In this document: piece after piece, positions 10,239 through 19,615 of the stretch
How positions within the stretch are numbered: the stretch's first letter is position 1
Layout: the number at the start of each line of letters is the position of its first letter
Source of the DNA: an uncultured Verrucomicrobiales bacterium
Lineage (GTDB): Bacteria > Pseudomonadota > Alphaproteobacteria > Paracaedibacterales > CAITNM01
NCBI GenBank assembly: GCA_964351815.1
Contig: CAYGPH010000005.1
Span: 1 to 42,548 of the forward strand
Length of the DNA: 42,548 bases
Reading direction: 5' to 3'
The notes under the pieces: generated by a model
What the model was told of the DNA's origin: nothing
Seen by the model: only the letters and a program-made list of their open reading frames with translations
The model's database searches: none
Position numbers and translations under genes: made by a program

Positions 10239-10673
10239 TAAATTTTATTTTTGCATATTATTAAAATTTTATGTTTTTTTTGAAAAAAAATCTAGGTTTT
10301 CTCGCTGTTTTCTATAAATTTTCTTAAAAAAATTAACTAAAATAACAAAAAAAAGCGTAAACATGAATTTTGTGCATATAAAATTGATCCTCAAAAGTGC
10401 TTAAGGTTATCACTCATAAACTTAATTTTGCACTTGCATGACACTTTATTCATGAACCATGAACACACAGGTTAAGGAAAAAAAGCATTCATTTTTTTAT
10501 CTAAAATAGCTTGTTACAATACTATAACCATAAAGATGGGTAATTTTTTGCTTTGAACATTTTTATTTTGCAAAAGATCCAAACCATGTGAACTTGTAAC
10601 AAATCTATAAAGGGGCGTTGAACCGAATCTTAAGCCATGCTAAATTTAAATTTCATTATTTTAAGTAATTTTT

Positions 10674-11129
10674 ATGGATATTCTGCCGATCGTTATTATT
10701 GAAAGCCAAAGGTTCCCAACGGTGACAGACGTTTGGTATGAACACGCCCATGAATCACTGGTAAAAAAAGGTTATCAAGTTAGTCGTATAAGTGTGCCAC
10801 AGGCGTTAGACATTCCTCAGGCTTTTAAAATGCTATGTGAAACATCGCATCATCCGGAAGCAGGCCACCTAAACATGCCGCAGGGGTATTTACTTTTTGG
10901 TGTCAACTACCAGGGTGAAACTACCCAAGATGAACATTTTCTAATGTTGCAACAGATAATCGAGTTACAAAAAACCTACCCCGTTATAACTGCACAGGTT
11001 TGTGCTTTTGAATCGCAAGCTGACAAGCTACAGGGGTTAGGAAAAACCCTTGAATATAAGGTTGATCTTGCTTTAACCTCATTACACCATTTGATTAATT
11101 TGCAAAAAAAAATCTGGGACATTAATTAA
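10674..11129 (+). CDS. ribH: Degenerate 6,7-dimethyl-8-ribityllumazine synthase (RibH)-like protein
   Basis: Colinear with RibH: IVII..RF, ISVPQALDIP (cf. VPGAFEIP), FGVNYQGETT (cf. LGxVIRGxT), YPVI. Sits in the canonical ribH position, 6 nt before nusB. Confidence 0.7.
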   Translation: MDILPIVIIESQRFPTVTDVWYEHAHESLVKKGYQVSRISVPQALDIPQAFKMLCETSHHPEAGHLNMPQGYLLFGVNYQGETTQDEHFLMLQQIIELQKTYPVITAQVCAFESQADKLQGLGKTLEYKVDLALTSLHHLINLQKKIWDIN

Positions 11130-11135
11130 ATTCCC

Positions 11136-11606
11136 ATGGCAAATACACAAAATAAATCCTTATCGCCTAGGCATCTAGCTAGAGTGGCTGCTGTGCAGGC
11201 TGTCTATCAAATTGAACAGAATCCAGCACAAAAAGAGGTGTTTATTAATCAAGATTTTTCTTCTGAAAGCAGTCTTGATCTTTTTGAATTACCTGCTCAG
11301 CCAAATATACCTTTATATACAGCCCTTACATCAGGATTAGTTGGTAATCTGGCAAAATATGACGACATCATTCGTATGCAATTAAGTACTAATTGGAAAA
11401 TTGAACGTCTACCAAGTATAAGCCGTGCAATTTTGCGCTGTGCCTGCTTTGAGTTTGATGTAGAAAGTGCTACCGATTCTGCTGTGATTATTAATGAATA
11501 TGTGGAAATTGCTAAAAGCTTTTTAGAAAATAAAGATGTAAAATTCATTAATGGTATTCTCGATAAATTAAGCAAGCAACTAAGAAAAGCCGAGATATTG
11601 TCGTAA
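11136..11606 (+). CDS. nusB: Transcription antitermination factor NusB
   Basis: RHLARVAAVQAVYQ, WKIERL...RAILR...FE, VIINEYVEIAKSF, FINGILDK. Confidence 0.96.
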   Translation: MANTQNKSLSPRHLARVAAVQAVYQIEQNPAQKEVFINQDFSSESSLDLFELPAQPNIPLYTALTSGLVGNLAKYDDIIRMQLSTNWKIERLPSISRAILRCACFEFDVESATDSAVIINEYVEIAKSFLENKDVKFINGILDKLSKQLRKAEILS

Positions 11607-11743
11607 ATCTTATTGTTATGCCTTTCCTATTGGGTAGGCTACAGGTGAATCATCACAGAACTTAAGGAATATCACAGGCAATACTAAAAGTTATAGGTTT
11701 AGTGGCAAGGTTTTTTAAGATTTGAAACTCTATTACGCGAAAA

Positions 11744-12268
11744 TTATTTATGTTTTTCGCTTAAAAAATTATCGATATCTGCCTTTGATTGAGAAACAAA
11801 AAATATCAAATAATATGTGTTTTCATCGTCTGTAAAATTTTTTTTCATAACAACACTGTATTGTTGAGATTCTTTTTTTATTCTTTTGCCTTTTTCTGTG
11901 GCTTCATAATCAAAACGAAATGGATATGCTGTAAATGTGTTTAATTTCGCAACAGTTTTAGCATTTTCAACAACACCAATAATCTGTCGGTTGTATATTT
12001 CATGTAACATAGAAGAAAAAATATGTACCTTTCTAGATAATTTGCTGGAAACTTCTATAATTGTTGGATAACAAGAATTTGTTACATAAACTTCCCCATT
12101 TTGAATAGCCTTATTCATTGCATTAAAGGCTTTTTCTAAATCTTTTTTTTCCTTGGGCCAATGCTTATTAACAAGATTTTCAAAACTATTAAACTTGACT
12201 GGATCCTGAGATGCAAAGCTTTGAAAAAGATTAAAACTAACAATGAGGCTAAAAAATAGGTATTTCAT
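11744..12268 (-). CDS. Hypothetical secreted protein
   Basis: Likely start ATG 12268: MKYLFFSLIVSFNLFQSFA-SQD signal peptide. No family recognised. Confidence 0.7.
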   Translation of the reverse strand: MKYLFFSLIVSFNLFQSFASQDPVKFNSFENLVNKHWPKEKKDLEKAFNAMNKAIQNGEVYVTNSCYPTIIEVSSKLSRKVHIFSSMLHEIYNRQIIGVVENAKTVAKLNTFTAYPFRFDYEATEKGKRIKKESQQYSVVMKKNFTDDENTYYLIFFVSQSKADIDNFLSEKHK

Positions 12269-12373
12269 GGAAAAAAAGATAATCATTTTGTTAAATTGTA
12301 ACAAAAAAAGGTGGGCTTATGTCTATATTTTTTTTATCCTGTAAAGATAAACATAATTAAAAGTACTTTGCCA

Positions 12374-13255
12374 ATGGATTGGGATCGCCTACGCATATTT
12401 CACGTTGTCGCCCAAGCAGGCAGTTTAACAGAAGCAGGGTATCGTCTCAATGTTAGTCAATCTGCCGTGTCTCGCCAAATTAGTTCTTTGGAAAAAGAAC
12501 TGAGCACAACACTTTTTGTTAGACATCCAAGGGGTTTAGCTCTTACGGAAACTGGAGAGCATTTATTTAAAACAACCCAAGAGATTTTTAGCCAGGTAAA
12601 TGCCATAAGTACAGTTATTCGAGAAACAAAAGATAGTATTTCTGGAAGCCTAAAAATAGCAACAACCGTTGGTATAGGTTCCGTTTGGCTAGCTTCGCGG
12701 TTAGGTGATTTTATTGAACAATATCCAGATATCCATTTAGATGTAAAACTAACGGATGAAGAAGTAAATTTTTCCTTAAGGGAAGTAGATGTTATTCTTA
12801 ATTATCACCAACTGCAAAATCACGACCAAGATATTGTTCAGGAGGCATTATCAACAATCAACATGGGTGTTTATGCAAGCAAGAAATATCTTGAGGCCCA
12901 TGGAACACCAAAGAAGCCAGAAGATCTTGATAAACATCGTATAATAGCTTTTGGAAGCCAGGGTGCACCTGCTGATAATGCAAATTGGTTATTACGCCTG
13001 GGCCTTAAGGCAGGATCTATTCGATCTCCATTTTTAAGTATTAATAATGCCTACGGAATGTTACAAGCTGCGAAACAAAACGTTGGCATTGCATTTTTAG
13101 CTGATTTTATAGCCCGCGATCATGAAGAACTTGTTCAATTGTTTGAAGCAATACCGACACCAAAAATGCAAATGTACTTAACATACCCTAAGGCATTAGA
13201 AAGCATTGGCAGGCTTGGGGCATTTAGGAATTTCTTAATTACCCAGTTAAAATAG
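12374..13255 (+). CDS. LysR-family regulator, LsrB/VtlR-like
   Basis: Start ATG 12374: MDWDRLRIFH..A.AGS...A...L.VSQSAVSRQIS HTH. ATTVGIG..WL, EDLDKHRIIAFG and NWL match the alphaproteobacterial LsrB/VtlR group. Confidence 0.9.
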   Translation: MDWDRLRIFHVVAQAGSLTEAGYRLNVSQSAVSRQISSLEKELSTTLFVRHPRGLALTETGEHLFKTTQEIFSQVNAISTVIRETKDSISGSLKIATTVGIGSVWLASRLGDFIEQYPDIHLDVKLTDEEVNFSLREVDVILNYHQLQNHDQDIVQEALSTINMGVYASKKYLEAHGTPKKPEDLDKHRIIAFGSQGAPADNANWLLRLGLKAGSIRSPFLSINNAYGMLQAAKQNVGIAFLADFIARDHEELVQLFEAIPTPKMQMYLTYPKALESIGRLGAFRNFLITQLK

Positions 13256-14063
13256 ATTTATTAAGAAATTTTACTAGGAAGGCGTTTTCACAAAGGTTAT
13301 TTGAAGACTTGTGATCACAATCACCTATATGGTTCAAAAAACCCACGTCTATTTTATTATCTAAAAGAAACCTAAACCCACCTTTAAAAGTATGGCATAC
13401 ACGTGCTTGTATTTCATTTATTTTGTAGTGTTTTTGTAAAAAATTCTTGGTGCCCAAAATGGATTCTCCAGTCCCAACTAAATCATCTAGAATAAGAAAA
13501 TTTTCTGTTACAGGAATCACCATGCTTTTTTCAAAAAAGGATAACATAATCCCTTTATCTGTGCGCTTCTTGTGAAGTAATATATATGGTAATTTAAATT
13601 CAGTAGCCAAAGCCTTTACAAGGTTTTTTCTACCTGAATCTGGAGCAACCAAGGTATAGCATTTGTTTTGCTGCTGAGATAATTCTAATTGAAGCCAAGG
13701 TGTTAAAAGATCAATATTTTCTATGCCATCGATATTTTGGTGAGCATTGAGCGTATAAATTTTTAACGATGGATTGCCTCTTCGAAAGAGATTTAGCAGG
13801 CTTATAGCATTATTTTTTTCTCGCAAATAAGGAAAATATGGAAGAAAAAGTTTTTCAACATAAACGCGATCCATATAAATTAAAAGCGGGGCTAATTCTT
13901 GGAAGTTAGCTTGGAAACGAACGGTTAAAAGTTGAATAGATTCCTTAGTTTCAAAGAATTTTGCTTCATTGGTTGCAAAAAAATTATAGAACTTTTGAAA
14001 GTCACGTGAAAAAATTTTATTTGCCCATGGCACGGTATTCGGATCACATAAGAACATAGGCAA
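13239..14063 (-). CDS. Divergent ribose-phosphate pyrophosphokinase (Prs)-like phosphoribosyltransferase-fold protein
   Basis: LPYFPYLRE (cf. PYFGYARQ), TLNAH (cf. TVDLH), VAPDSG, HKKR, PRT loop ILDDLVGTGES. Start is TTG 14063 or ATG 14057. 3' end overlaps the LysR gene by 17 nt. Confidence 0.75.
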   Translation of the reverse strand: MPMFLCDPNTVPWANKIFSRDFQKFYNFFATNEAKFFETKESIQLLTVRFQANFQELAPLLIYMDRVYVEKLFLPYFPYLREKNNAISLLNLFRRGNPSLKIYTLNAHQNIDGIENIDLLTPWLQLELSQQQNKCYTLVAPDSGRKNLVKALATEFKLPYILLHKKRTDKGIMLSFFEKSMVIPVTENFLILDDLVGTGESILGTKNFLQKHYKINEIQARVCHTFKGGFRFLLDNKIDVGFLNHIGDCDHKSSNNLCENAFLVKFLNKSILTG

Positions 14064-14100
14064 AAAAATTATTATAATAATGGTAAACTTACCATTTTAA

Positions 14101-14115
14101 TTAAATTTTTGTTAA
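14101..14115. promoter_or_regulatory. Candidate CtrA box
   Basis: TTAA atttttg TTAA between the prs-like gene and the sORF/pal. Confidence 0.3.
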
Positions 14116-14161
14116 TACTTTCTGCGCTAGTTTGAATAAGATAAACAGTGAAGAAAGCATT

Positions 14162-14290
14162 ATGTACCTTGCCTTAATAACAATTAGCTTTTCAATAATG
14201 TTAACCTTTGTTGCAAAAAATTTTGATAACGATAACTATAAATTTAAAGAGTCGAATATTGTTCATGCTCTAAAAAAAGTAGGTAAATAA
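14162..14290 (+). CDS. Small single-TM protein (42 aa), not in ORF track
   Basis: MYLALITISFSIMLTFVAKNFDNDNYKFKESNIVHALKKVGK*. Purine-rich GAAGAAAG upstream, imperfect hairpin immediately downstream. Confidence 0.4.
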   Translation: MYLALITISFSIMLTFVAKNFDNDNYKFKESNIVHALKKVGK

Positions 14291-14302
14291 AAATTATAAA
14301 TA

Positions 14303-14340
14303 ATTTTAGGGAGTTTCTTATTAAACCCTAAAATAAAAAA
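14303..14340. terminator. Imperfect inverted repeat, possible terminator
   Basis: ATTTTAGG-gaGTTT...AAAC-CCTAAAAT followed by an A tract. Confidence 0.35.
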
Positions 14341-14419
14341 ATTTTAGAAAAATGTGTTTGAAAATTTCATAGATTTGTTATAGTAGAAAAGTATAACTAT
14401 TTTTCATAAAGGGAATTCG

Positions 14420-14893
14420 ATGAAAAAAACTCTACTATCCAAGAACACTTTGCTATCCGGTGCTCTGGCTCTATTTCTCGTTGGCTGTGAGTGTACAGAT
14501 GTATGCGAAAGCCTAGACGCAGGCGCTTCTGCAGCTCCTGGTACACCAGCACATTTTTCACAAACTGTAAAAGATCGTGTATTTTTTAAATTTGACGAAT
14601 CAAGTGTACCTATGGAAGCTGAAGATACCGTTAAAGCACAAGCTAGTTGGTTAAACGTTTATGGTTCAACAACTGCAACCGTTGAAGGTCATTGTGATGA
14701 GCGCGGAACTCGTGAATATAACTTAGCGTTAGGTGCACGTCGTGCGAACTCATTGAAAAGAAAACTTGAAGGTTTTGGCGTTGCAAGCAGCAGACTAAAA
14801 ACAGTTTCCTATGGTAAAGATAAACCACAGGTAATGGGTAATACGGAAGAAGCTTATGCAGAAAACCGTACTGCGATTACAAGCATAAATTAA
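14420..14893 (+). CDS. pal: Peptidoglycan-associated lipoprotein Pal
   Basis: Lipobox LVGC. DRVFFKFD, VEGHCDERGTREYNLALGARRA, TVSYGK, AENR. Confidence 0.96.
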   Translation: MKKTLLSKNTLLSGALALFLVGCECTDVCESLDAGASAAPGTPAHFSQTVKDRVFFKFDESSVPMEAEDTVKAQASWLNVYGSTTATVEGHCDERGTREYNLALGARRANSLKRKLEGFGVASSRLKTVSYGKDKPQVMGNTEEAYAENRTAITSIN

Positions 14894-14913
14894 ATAGATA
14901 TTTTTATTTAATT

Positions 14914-14945
14914 AACCCGCAACATACAGTTGCGGGTTTCTTTTT
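14914..14945 (+). terminator. Rho-independent terminator of pal
   Basis: AACCCGCAAC-ataca-GTTGCGGGTT followed by TCTTTTT. Confidence 0.88.
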
Positions 14946-14994
14946 ATCTCCACATAGATTATAAATCGAAGTAAGGCTTAAAAAAATATGACTT

Positions 14995-15558
14995 ATGAAA
15001 ATTAATGCAAACGATATCCGCGTTGGTAATGTAATAGAACACAACAAAAAACTTATGGTGGTCACCAAAACAGAACATGTGCAGCCAGGAAAAGGTGGCG
15101 CATATATGCAAGTAGAAATGAAGGGTTTGTTAGAACCTACAAAGCTTCATGAACGCTTTCGTTCAGCCGAAACCGTTGAAAAGATTTACCTAGAAAATTT
15201 ACCCTATCAATTTCTTTATCAGGAAGGTGATAACTTTGTCTTTATGGATGAAACAACCTATGAACAAATTTCATTACATAATGATTTTGTAGGCGACGCT
15301 AAAGTGTATCTTCAAGATGGTATGGTGATTGAACTTTCCATGTATGAGGGTAAGCCCCTATCGGTAAACCTTCCAGAAACAGTAGTTTTAGAGATTAAAG
15401 AAGCTGATGCCGTTGTTAAAGGCCAAACGGCAAGCTCTTCCTATAAACCTGCAATTTTAGAAAATGGGTTGCGCATTATGGTTCCACCTCACATCGGAAC
15501 GGGGACAAAGGTTGTTGTTCGTACAAGCGATAATGCCTATATGGAACGGGCAAAATAA
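14995..15558 (+). CDS. efp: Elongation factor P
   Basis: HVQPGKGGAYMQVE, VKGQTASSSYKPAILENG, VPPHI, YMERAK. Confidence 0.98.
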   Translation: MKINANDIRVGNVIEHNKKLMVVTKTEHVQPGKGGAYMQVEMKGLLEPTKLHERFRSAETVEKIYLENLPYQFLYQEGDNFVFMDETTYEQISLHNDFVGDAKVYLQDGMVIELSMYEGKPLSVNLPETVVLEIKEADAVVKGQTASSSYKPAILENGLRIMVPPHIGTGTKVVVRTSDNAYMERAK

Positions 15559-16346
15559 TGAACAATTTAAGTTTTCAAGGTGCGCCGAATTCTGCCTTAG
15601 TGAATGTAATGGCAAAAGCAGCTTTAAAAGCTGCAAAATCCCTATTGCATGATTTTTCTGAGGTTGAACGTTTGCATGTTACCCGTAAAGGTTTGCATGA
15701 TTTTGTTACCAGTGCTGATCAACGATCTGAGAGTATACTCCTGCGCGAACTGCAAAAAGCACGACCAAAGTTTGGTTTTTTAAGTGAAGAAGCTGGCAGT
15801 GATGAAGGTTCAGATCCGCGTCATCGTTGGATTATTGACCCCTTGGATGGCACATCAAACTTTATGCATGGGCTGCCACAATTTGCCATTAATATTGCCC
15901 TTGAATTTGACAATGAAATTATTGCTGCCTTAAGCTATGACCCCATAGGTGATGAAACTTTTTGGGCAGAAAAAGGAAAGGGAGCCTTTTGCAACCATAG
16001 GCGTTTGCGTGTCGTGGATCGTGAACAGGAACGTTGGCTGATCGGCTTACAATTTGATCACCCTGCGATTACAAAAATAAAGCCCCATGTGCTTGGGCTT
16101 CGCTATAGTGGTTCAAGTGTATTAGACCTTGCCTATTTGGCTGCAGGTCGATTAGATGGTTTACATTTTCAAAATTTATGTCCTTGGGATTGTGCAGCTG
16201 GTTGTCTTTTGTTACAAGAGGCTGGTCACAAAGTTATTGATACCCATGATCAAGATGCTGAAATGATTAACTTTAAAAAAGAAAAATTATCACTAATTTG
16301 TGGTGCTGAACCCGTAGCCAACTTTTTACAAAAGCAAATTATTTAA
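15558..16346 (+). CDS. suhB: Inositol monophosphatase family protein SuhB
   Basis: DFVTSAD, LSEE, WIIDPLDGTSNF, WDCAAG. Coupled to efp (TAATG), a conserved alphaproteobacterial pair. Confidence 0.92.
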   Translation: MNNLSFQGAPNSALVNVMAKAALKAAKSLLHDFSEVERLHVTRKGLHDFVTSADQRSESILLRELQKARPKFGFLSEEAGSDEGSDPRHRWIIDPLDGTSNFMHGLPQFAINIALEFDNEIIAALSYDPIGDETFWAEKGKGAFCNHRRLRVVDREQERWLIGLQFDHPAITKIKPHVLGLRYSGSSVLDLAYLAAGRLDGLHFQNLCPWDCAAGCLLLQEAGHKVIDTHDQDAEMINFKKEKLSLICGAEPVANFLQKQII

Positions 16347-16506
16347 GAAATATCTAAAATAGTAAAATTTAAAGGTTTAAATATTCATGTTTAGGTTTTT
16401 TGTAGTGTTTTATTAATATCCTGCACAGCTTTCGCACCTAGGGTAATAAAAAAACCTTGTAATTTTTATTAATAAGGACTACATAGTCATCAGCAATACA
16501 TGATAA

Positions 16507-17829
16507 ATGGTATTTCTAATGACTATGTTAAGCAGCCTTAATAAAAAACAAAAAGAAGCTATTGGTTTACTTCAGGTTGGTACTTTCCTTGAATATTTTG
16601 ACCTAATGCTTTATGTGCATATGGCCGTTCTTATGAATGAGCTTTTTTTTCCAAAAACTGACCCTAAAACAGCAAGTTTGCTTGCAGCCTTTGCCTTTTG
16701 TTCGACTTATGTGTTAAGGCCTTTTGGGGCCATGATTTTTGGCTATATAGGTGATAATATTGGCCGCAAAGCTACCGTGGTTATTACAACAATGATGATG
16801 GCCCTAAGCTGTATCGTTATGGCTAACTTACCTACCTATGCGCAAGTTGGAATTACTGCTGCTTGGATGGTTACTATTTGTCGAATTATTCAGGGTATGT
16901 CGTCTATGGGCGAAATTATGGGGGCACTTATCTATATTACCGAAATTATAAAGCGGCCTTTGCAATATCAAATGGTGTCGCTAATATCTTTATCAGCTTC
17001 CATAGGCACAATGTTTGCCCTTGCTGTGGCAACGCTTGTTACGCGCGCTGGGCTAAATTGGCGTATGGCCTTTTGGGTTGGTGCTTGTATAGCTGTTATT
17101 GGTTCAGTAGCCCGTACCCGTCTAAGGGAAACACCAGAATTTTTGCAAGCGAAAGAAAATAAGAAGAAACGCCAAGAAAAATTTATTAAAGAAGAAACCA
17201 CCAAAAACAATCAAAGTAGTAAAACCAGCAAAAATCTTATGGCTTATTTTGCTGTTGAATGTTCCTATGCCCTGACTTTTTACTTAACGTTCATTCACCT
17301 ATCCAGAATTCTAAAAACAATGGGCTATACGGCCAACGATATTATTTTTCATAATTTTTGGTTGTCCCTTGTTGCCATTTTGTACAACATTATTACTATC
17401 TACTTAAGCACAAAGTATCACCCATTAAAAATTTTAAAAACCCGTGGTTTGTATGGTATTGGGTTGTTTTTATTGGTACCTGTTTTACTATCACACGTAA
17501 GCAGCCTTTGGCACCTTTTTGCAATACAGTTTCTTCTTTTAATCTATCGCGGTGGTGCAACACCTGCCGATTCAATTTTTATTGAACATTTTAAGGTACA
17601 GAAACGCTTTACGCTGATCACTTTTAATTATGCCTTATCGCGTGCTTTTATGCATATTATTTCTGCCCTTGGGCTTGTATATTTAACCGATTGGTTTGGC
17701 CACTATGGCCTATGGATTATTGGCGTACCGATTTCCATAGGCTTTGTTTTTGCTGTCAGGCATTTTCAAGTACTTGAAGCGCAAGCACCAATTTCACCAA
17801 GGTGCAACCACGAAAAAACTGCAGCTTAG
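16507..17829 (+). CDS. MFS transporter, ProP/MHS-like
   Basis: GTFLEYFDLMLY, LRPFGAMIFGYIGDNIGRK, RIIQGMSSMGE, LRETPEF. Substrate cannot be assigned. Confidence 0.92.
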   Translation: MVFLMTMLSSLNKKQKEAIGLLQVGTFLEYFDLMLYVHMAVLMNELFFPKTDPKTASLLAAFAFCSTYVLRPFGAMIFGYIGDNIGRKATVVITTMMMALSCIVMANLPTYAQVGITAAWMVTICRIIQGMSSMGEIMGALIYITEIIKRPLQYQMVSLISLSASIGTMFALAVATLVTRAGLNWRMAFWVGACIAVIGSVARTRLRETPEFLQAKENKKKRQEKFIKEETTKNNQSSKTSKNLMAYFAVECSYALTFYLTFIHLSRILKTMGYTANDIIFHNFWLSLVAILYNIITIYLSTKYHPLKILKTRGLYGIGLFLLVPVLLSHVSSLWHLFAIQFLLLIYRGGATPADSIFIEHFKVQKRFTLITFNYALSRAFMHIISALGLVYLTDWFGHYGLWIIGVPISIGFVFAVRHFQVLEAQAPISPRCNHEKTAA

Positions 17830-17892
17830 CAGTACTAAAAAATACTATTTTACAGCTTTTTTGTAATCAAAAAAAATCTTATAAGCAAAAGA

Positions 17893-18723
17893 TTACATTT
17901 TCTTAGCTAGTTCATCAAATGCCTTAAGTTTAATAAGAACTTTTGGGAGCTCATGCAAGGGTATCATATTTGGGCCATCACTTGGGGCATTATCTGGATC
18001 TTGGTGTGTTTCCATAAATACACCAGCAATGCCTGTGGTAATAGCACAATTAGCTAATATGGGTGCATATTCCCGTTGACCACCAGATTTTTCGCCCAAA
18101 CCACCAGGCTGCTGCACCGAATGGGTAGCATCAAAAATAATTGGGTACTGGGTTTGCTTCATAATAACCAGGCTGCGCATATCACTAACCAGTGTATTGT
18201 AGCCAAAGCTAGCACCACGTTCGCATAGCATAAAGTTTTGATAGCCAAAGCTTTCCATTTTACGCACTATATTTTGCATATCCCATGGGGCTAGAAACTG
18301 CCCTTTTTTTATATTAATTAATTTTCCAGTATCGGCAGCTGCAGCTAATAAATCCGTTTGGCGGCATAAAAAAGCAGGAATTTGTAATACATCTATGACT
18401 TCCTTAATAATATGGCACTGTTCTGGACTGTGCACATCGGTAATTACTGGACAACCAAATGTATGACGAATCTCTGCAAAAACATCCATACTTTTATCTA
18501 AACCTAAACCTCTTTCAGCGGTTGCACTTGTGCGATTGGCCTTATCAAAGCTGCTTTTAAAGATAAAAGGTATTTTTAGTTCGGTGGTTATACTAACCAA
18601 TTTTTCTGCCATCATGAGCGCATGATCGCGACTTTCCATAACGCAAGGGCCTGCAATAAGCGTAAAAGGCAATTGATTTCCAATTTTTAGCTGATTTAGG
18701 GTAAGTACTTTCATAAGTTTCAA
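17893..18723 (-). CDS. kdsA: KDO-8-phosphate synthase
   Basis: [51 protein letters not shown]. Confidence 0.98.
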   Translation of the reverse strand: MKLMKVLTLNQLKIGNQLPFTLIAGPCVMESRDHALMMAEKLVSITTELKIPFIFKSSFDKANRTSATAERGLGLDKSMDVFAEIRHTFGCPVITDVHSPEQCHIIKEVIDVLQIPAFLCRQTDLLAAAADTGKLINIKKGQFLAPWDMQNIVRKMESFGYQNFMLCERGASFGYNTLVSDMRSLVIMKQTQYPIIFDATHSVQQPGGLGEKSGGQREYAPILANCAITTGIAGVFMETHQDPDNAPSDGPNMIPLHELPKVLIKLKAFDELAKKM

Positions 18724-18823
18724 ACTATATTTAATATAAATTTGCTAGTACACTAGCGAAACACACTGGGTTTTAAAACCTAAATCATGTAACATTTAGA
18801 AATAAAAAAGAATATTTAAAAAA

Positions 18824-19612
18824 ATGTTTACCAACACACAAAATCCACTTACGGCAATTGGTCGCTTATTCTTAAGTTTTGTTGACCAACTTGGCGTTTT
18901 AAGTATATTTATTTTTCACACGCTGCGTTATGGCCTTAGGCCCCCTTACTATGGCGGGCAAATTTTAAAACAAATGCTGTTTATAGGTTATTATTCCTTA
19001 CCAGTAGTGGGTTTAACCGCTATTTTTACGGGTATGGTATTAGCTTTACAAAGCTACACTGGATTTTCGCGCTTTTCTGCAGAGGGTGCGGTAGCAACGG
19101 TTGTTGTTTTATCGATGACACGAGAACTTGGGCCTGTATTAGCTGGCCTTATGGTTGCTGGCAGAGTTGGCGCTTCCATAGCCGCAGAAATTGGCACCAT
19201 GCGGGTTACGGAACAAATTGATGCCCTATACACCCTTTCAGCTAATCCATTTCGTTACCTTGTTTTCCCAAGGGTGCTAGCAGGTGCTACAATGTTGCCC
19301 TTACTTGTCATTGCAGCGAACCTGATTGGGGTAATGGGTGGTTACCTGATTGGTGTACATGAACTTGATTTTAATGGTGGCAATTATATGCACCAAACTT
19401 TAAAATACTTAGAAATTCAAGATGTGACCTCTGGTTTAATTAAAGCATCAGCTTTTGGTACCATAATTAGTATTATGGGCTGTTACCATGGTTATCATTC
19501 TGGCCGTGGCGCAGAAGGTGTAGGTCGTGCCACAACCAATGCTGTGGTTTCATCATCTATTTTTATTTTATTTATGAACTATGTGCTAACCACTATACTC
19601 TTTGAAAGATAA
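18824..19612 (+). CDS. mlaE: MlaE-family ABC transporter permease
   Basis: RELGPVLAGLMVAGRVG..IAAEIGTMRVTEQIDAL, GAEGVGRATT. Confidence 0.96.
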   Translation: MFTNTQNPLTAIGRLFLSFVDQLGVLSIFIFHTLRYGLRPPYYGGQILKQMLFIGYYSLPVVGLTAIFTGMVLALQSYTGFSRFSAEGAVATVVVLSMTRELGPVLAGLMVAGRVGASIAAEIGTMRVTEQIDALYTLSANPFRYLVFPRVLAGATMLPLLVIAANLIGVMGGYLIGVHELDFNGGNYMHQTLKYLEIQDVTSGLIKASAFGTIISIMGCYHGYHSGRGAEGVGRATTNAVVSSSIFILFMNYVLTTILFER

Positions 19613-19615
19613 ACT

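Noticed and set aside
10239-10673. Long intergenic region upstream of the ribH-like gene, checked for an FMN riboswitch or nuoK remnant
   Set aside because: No RFN consensus blocks and no NuoK-like frame seen; an sRNA cannot be excluded by eye.
16387-16473. Possible frameshifted signal-peptide relic (MFRFFVV / LLISCTAFA)
   Set aside because: Too short; T-rich DNA readily gives such hydrophobic strings.
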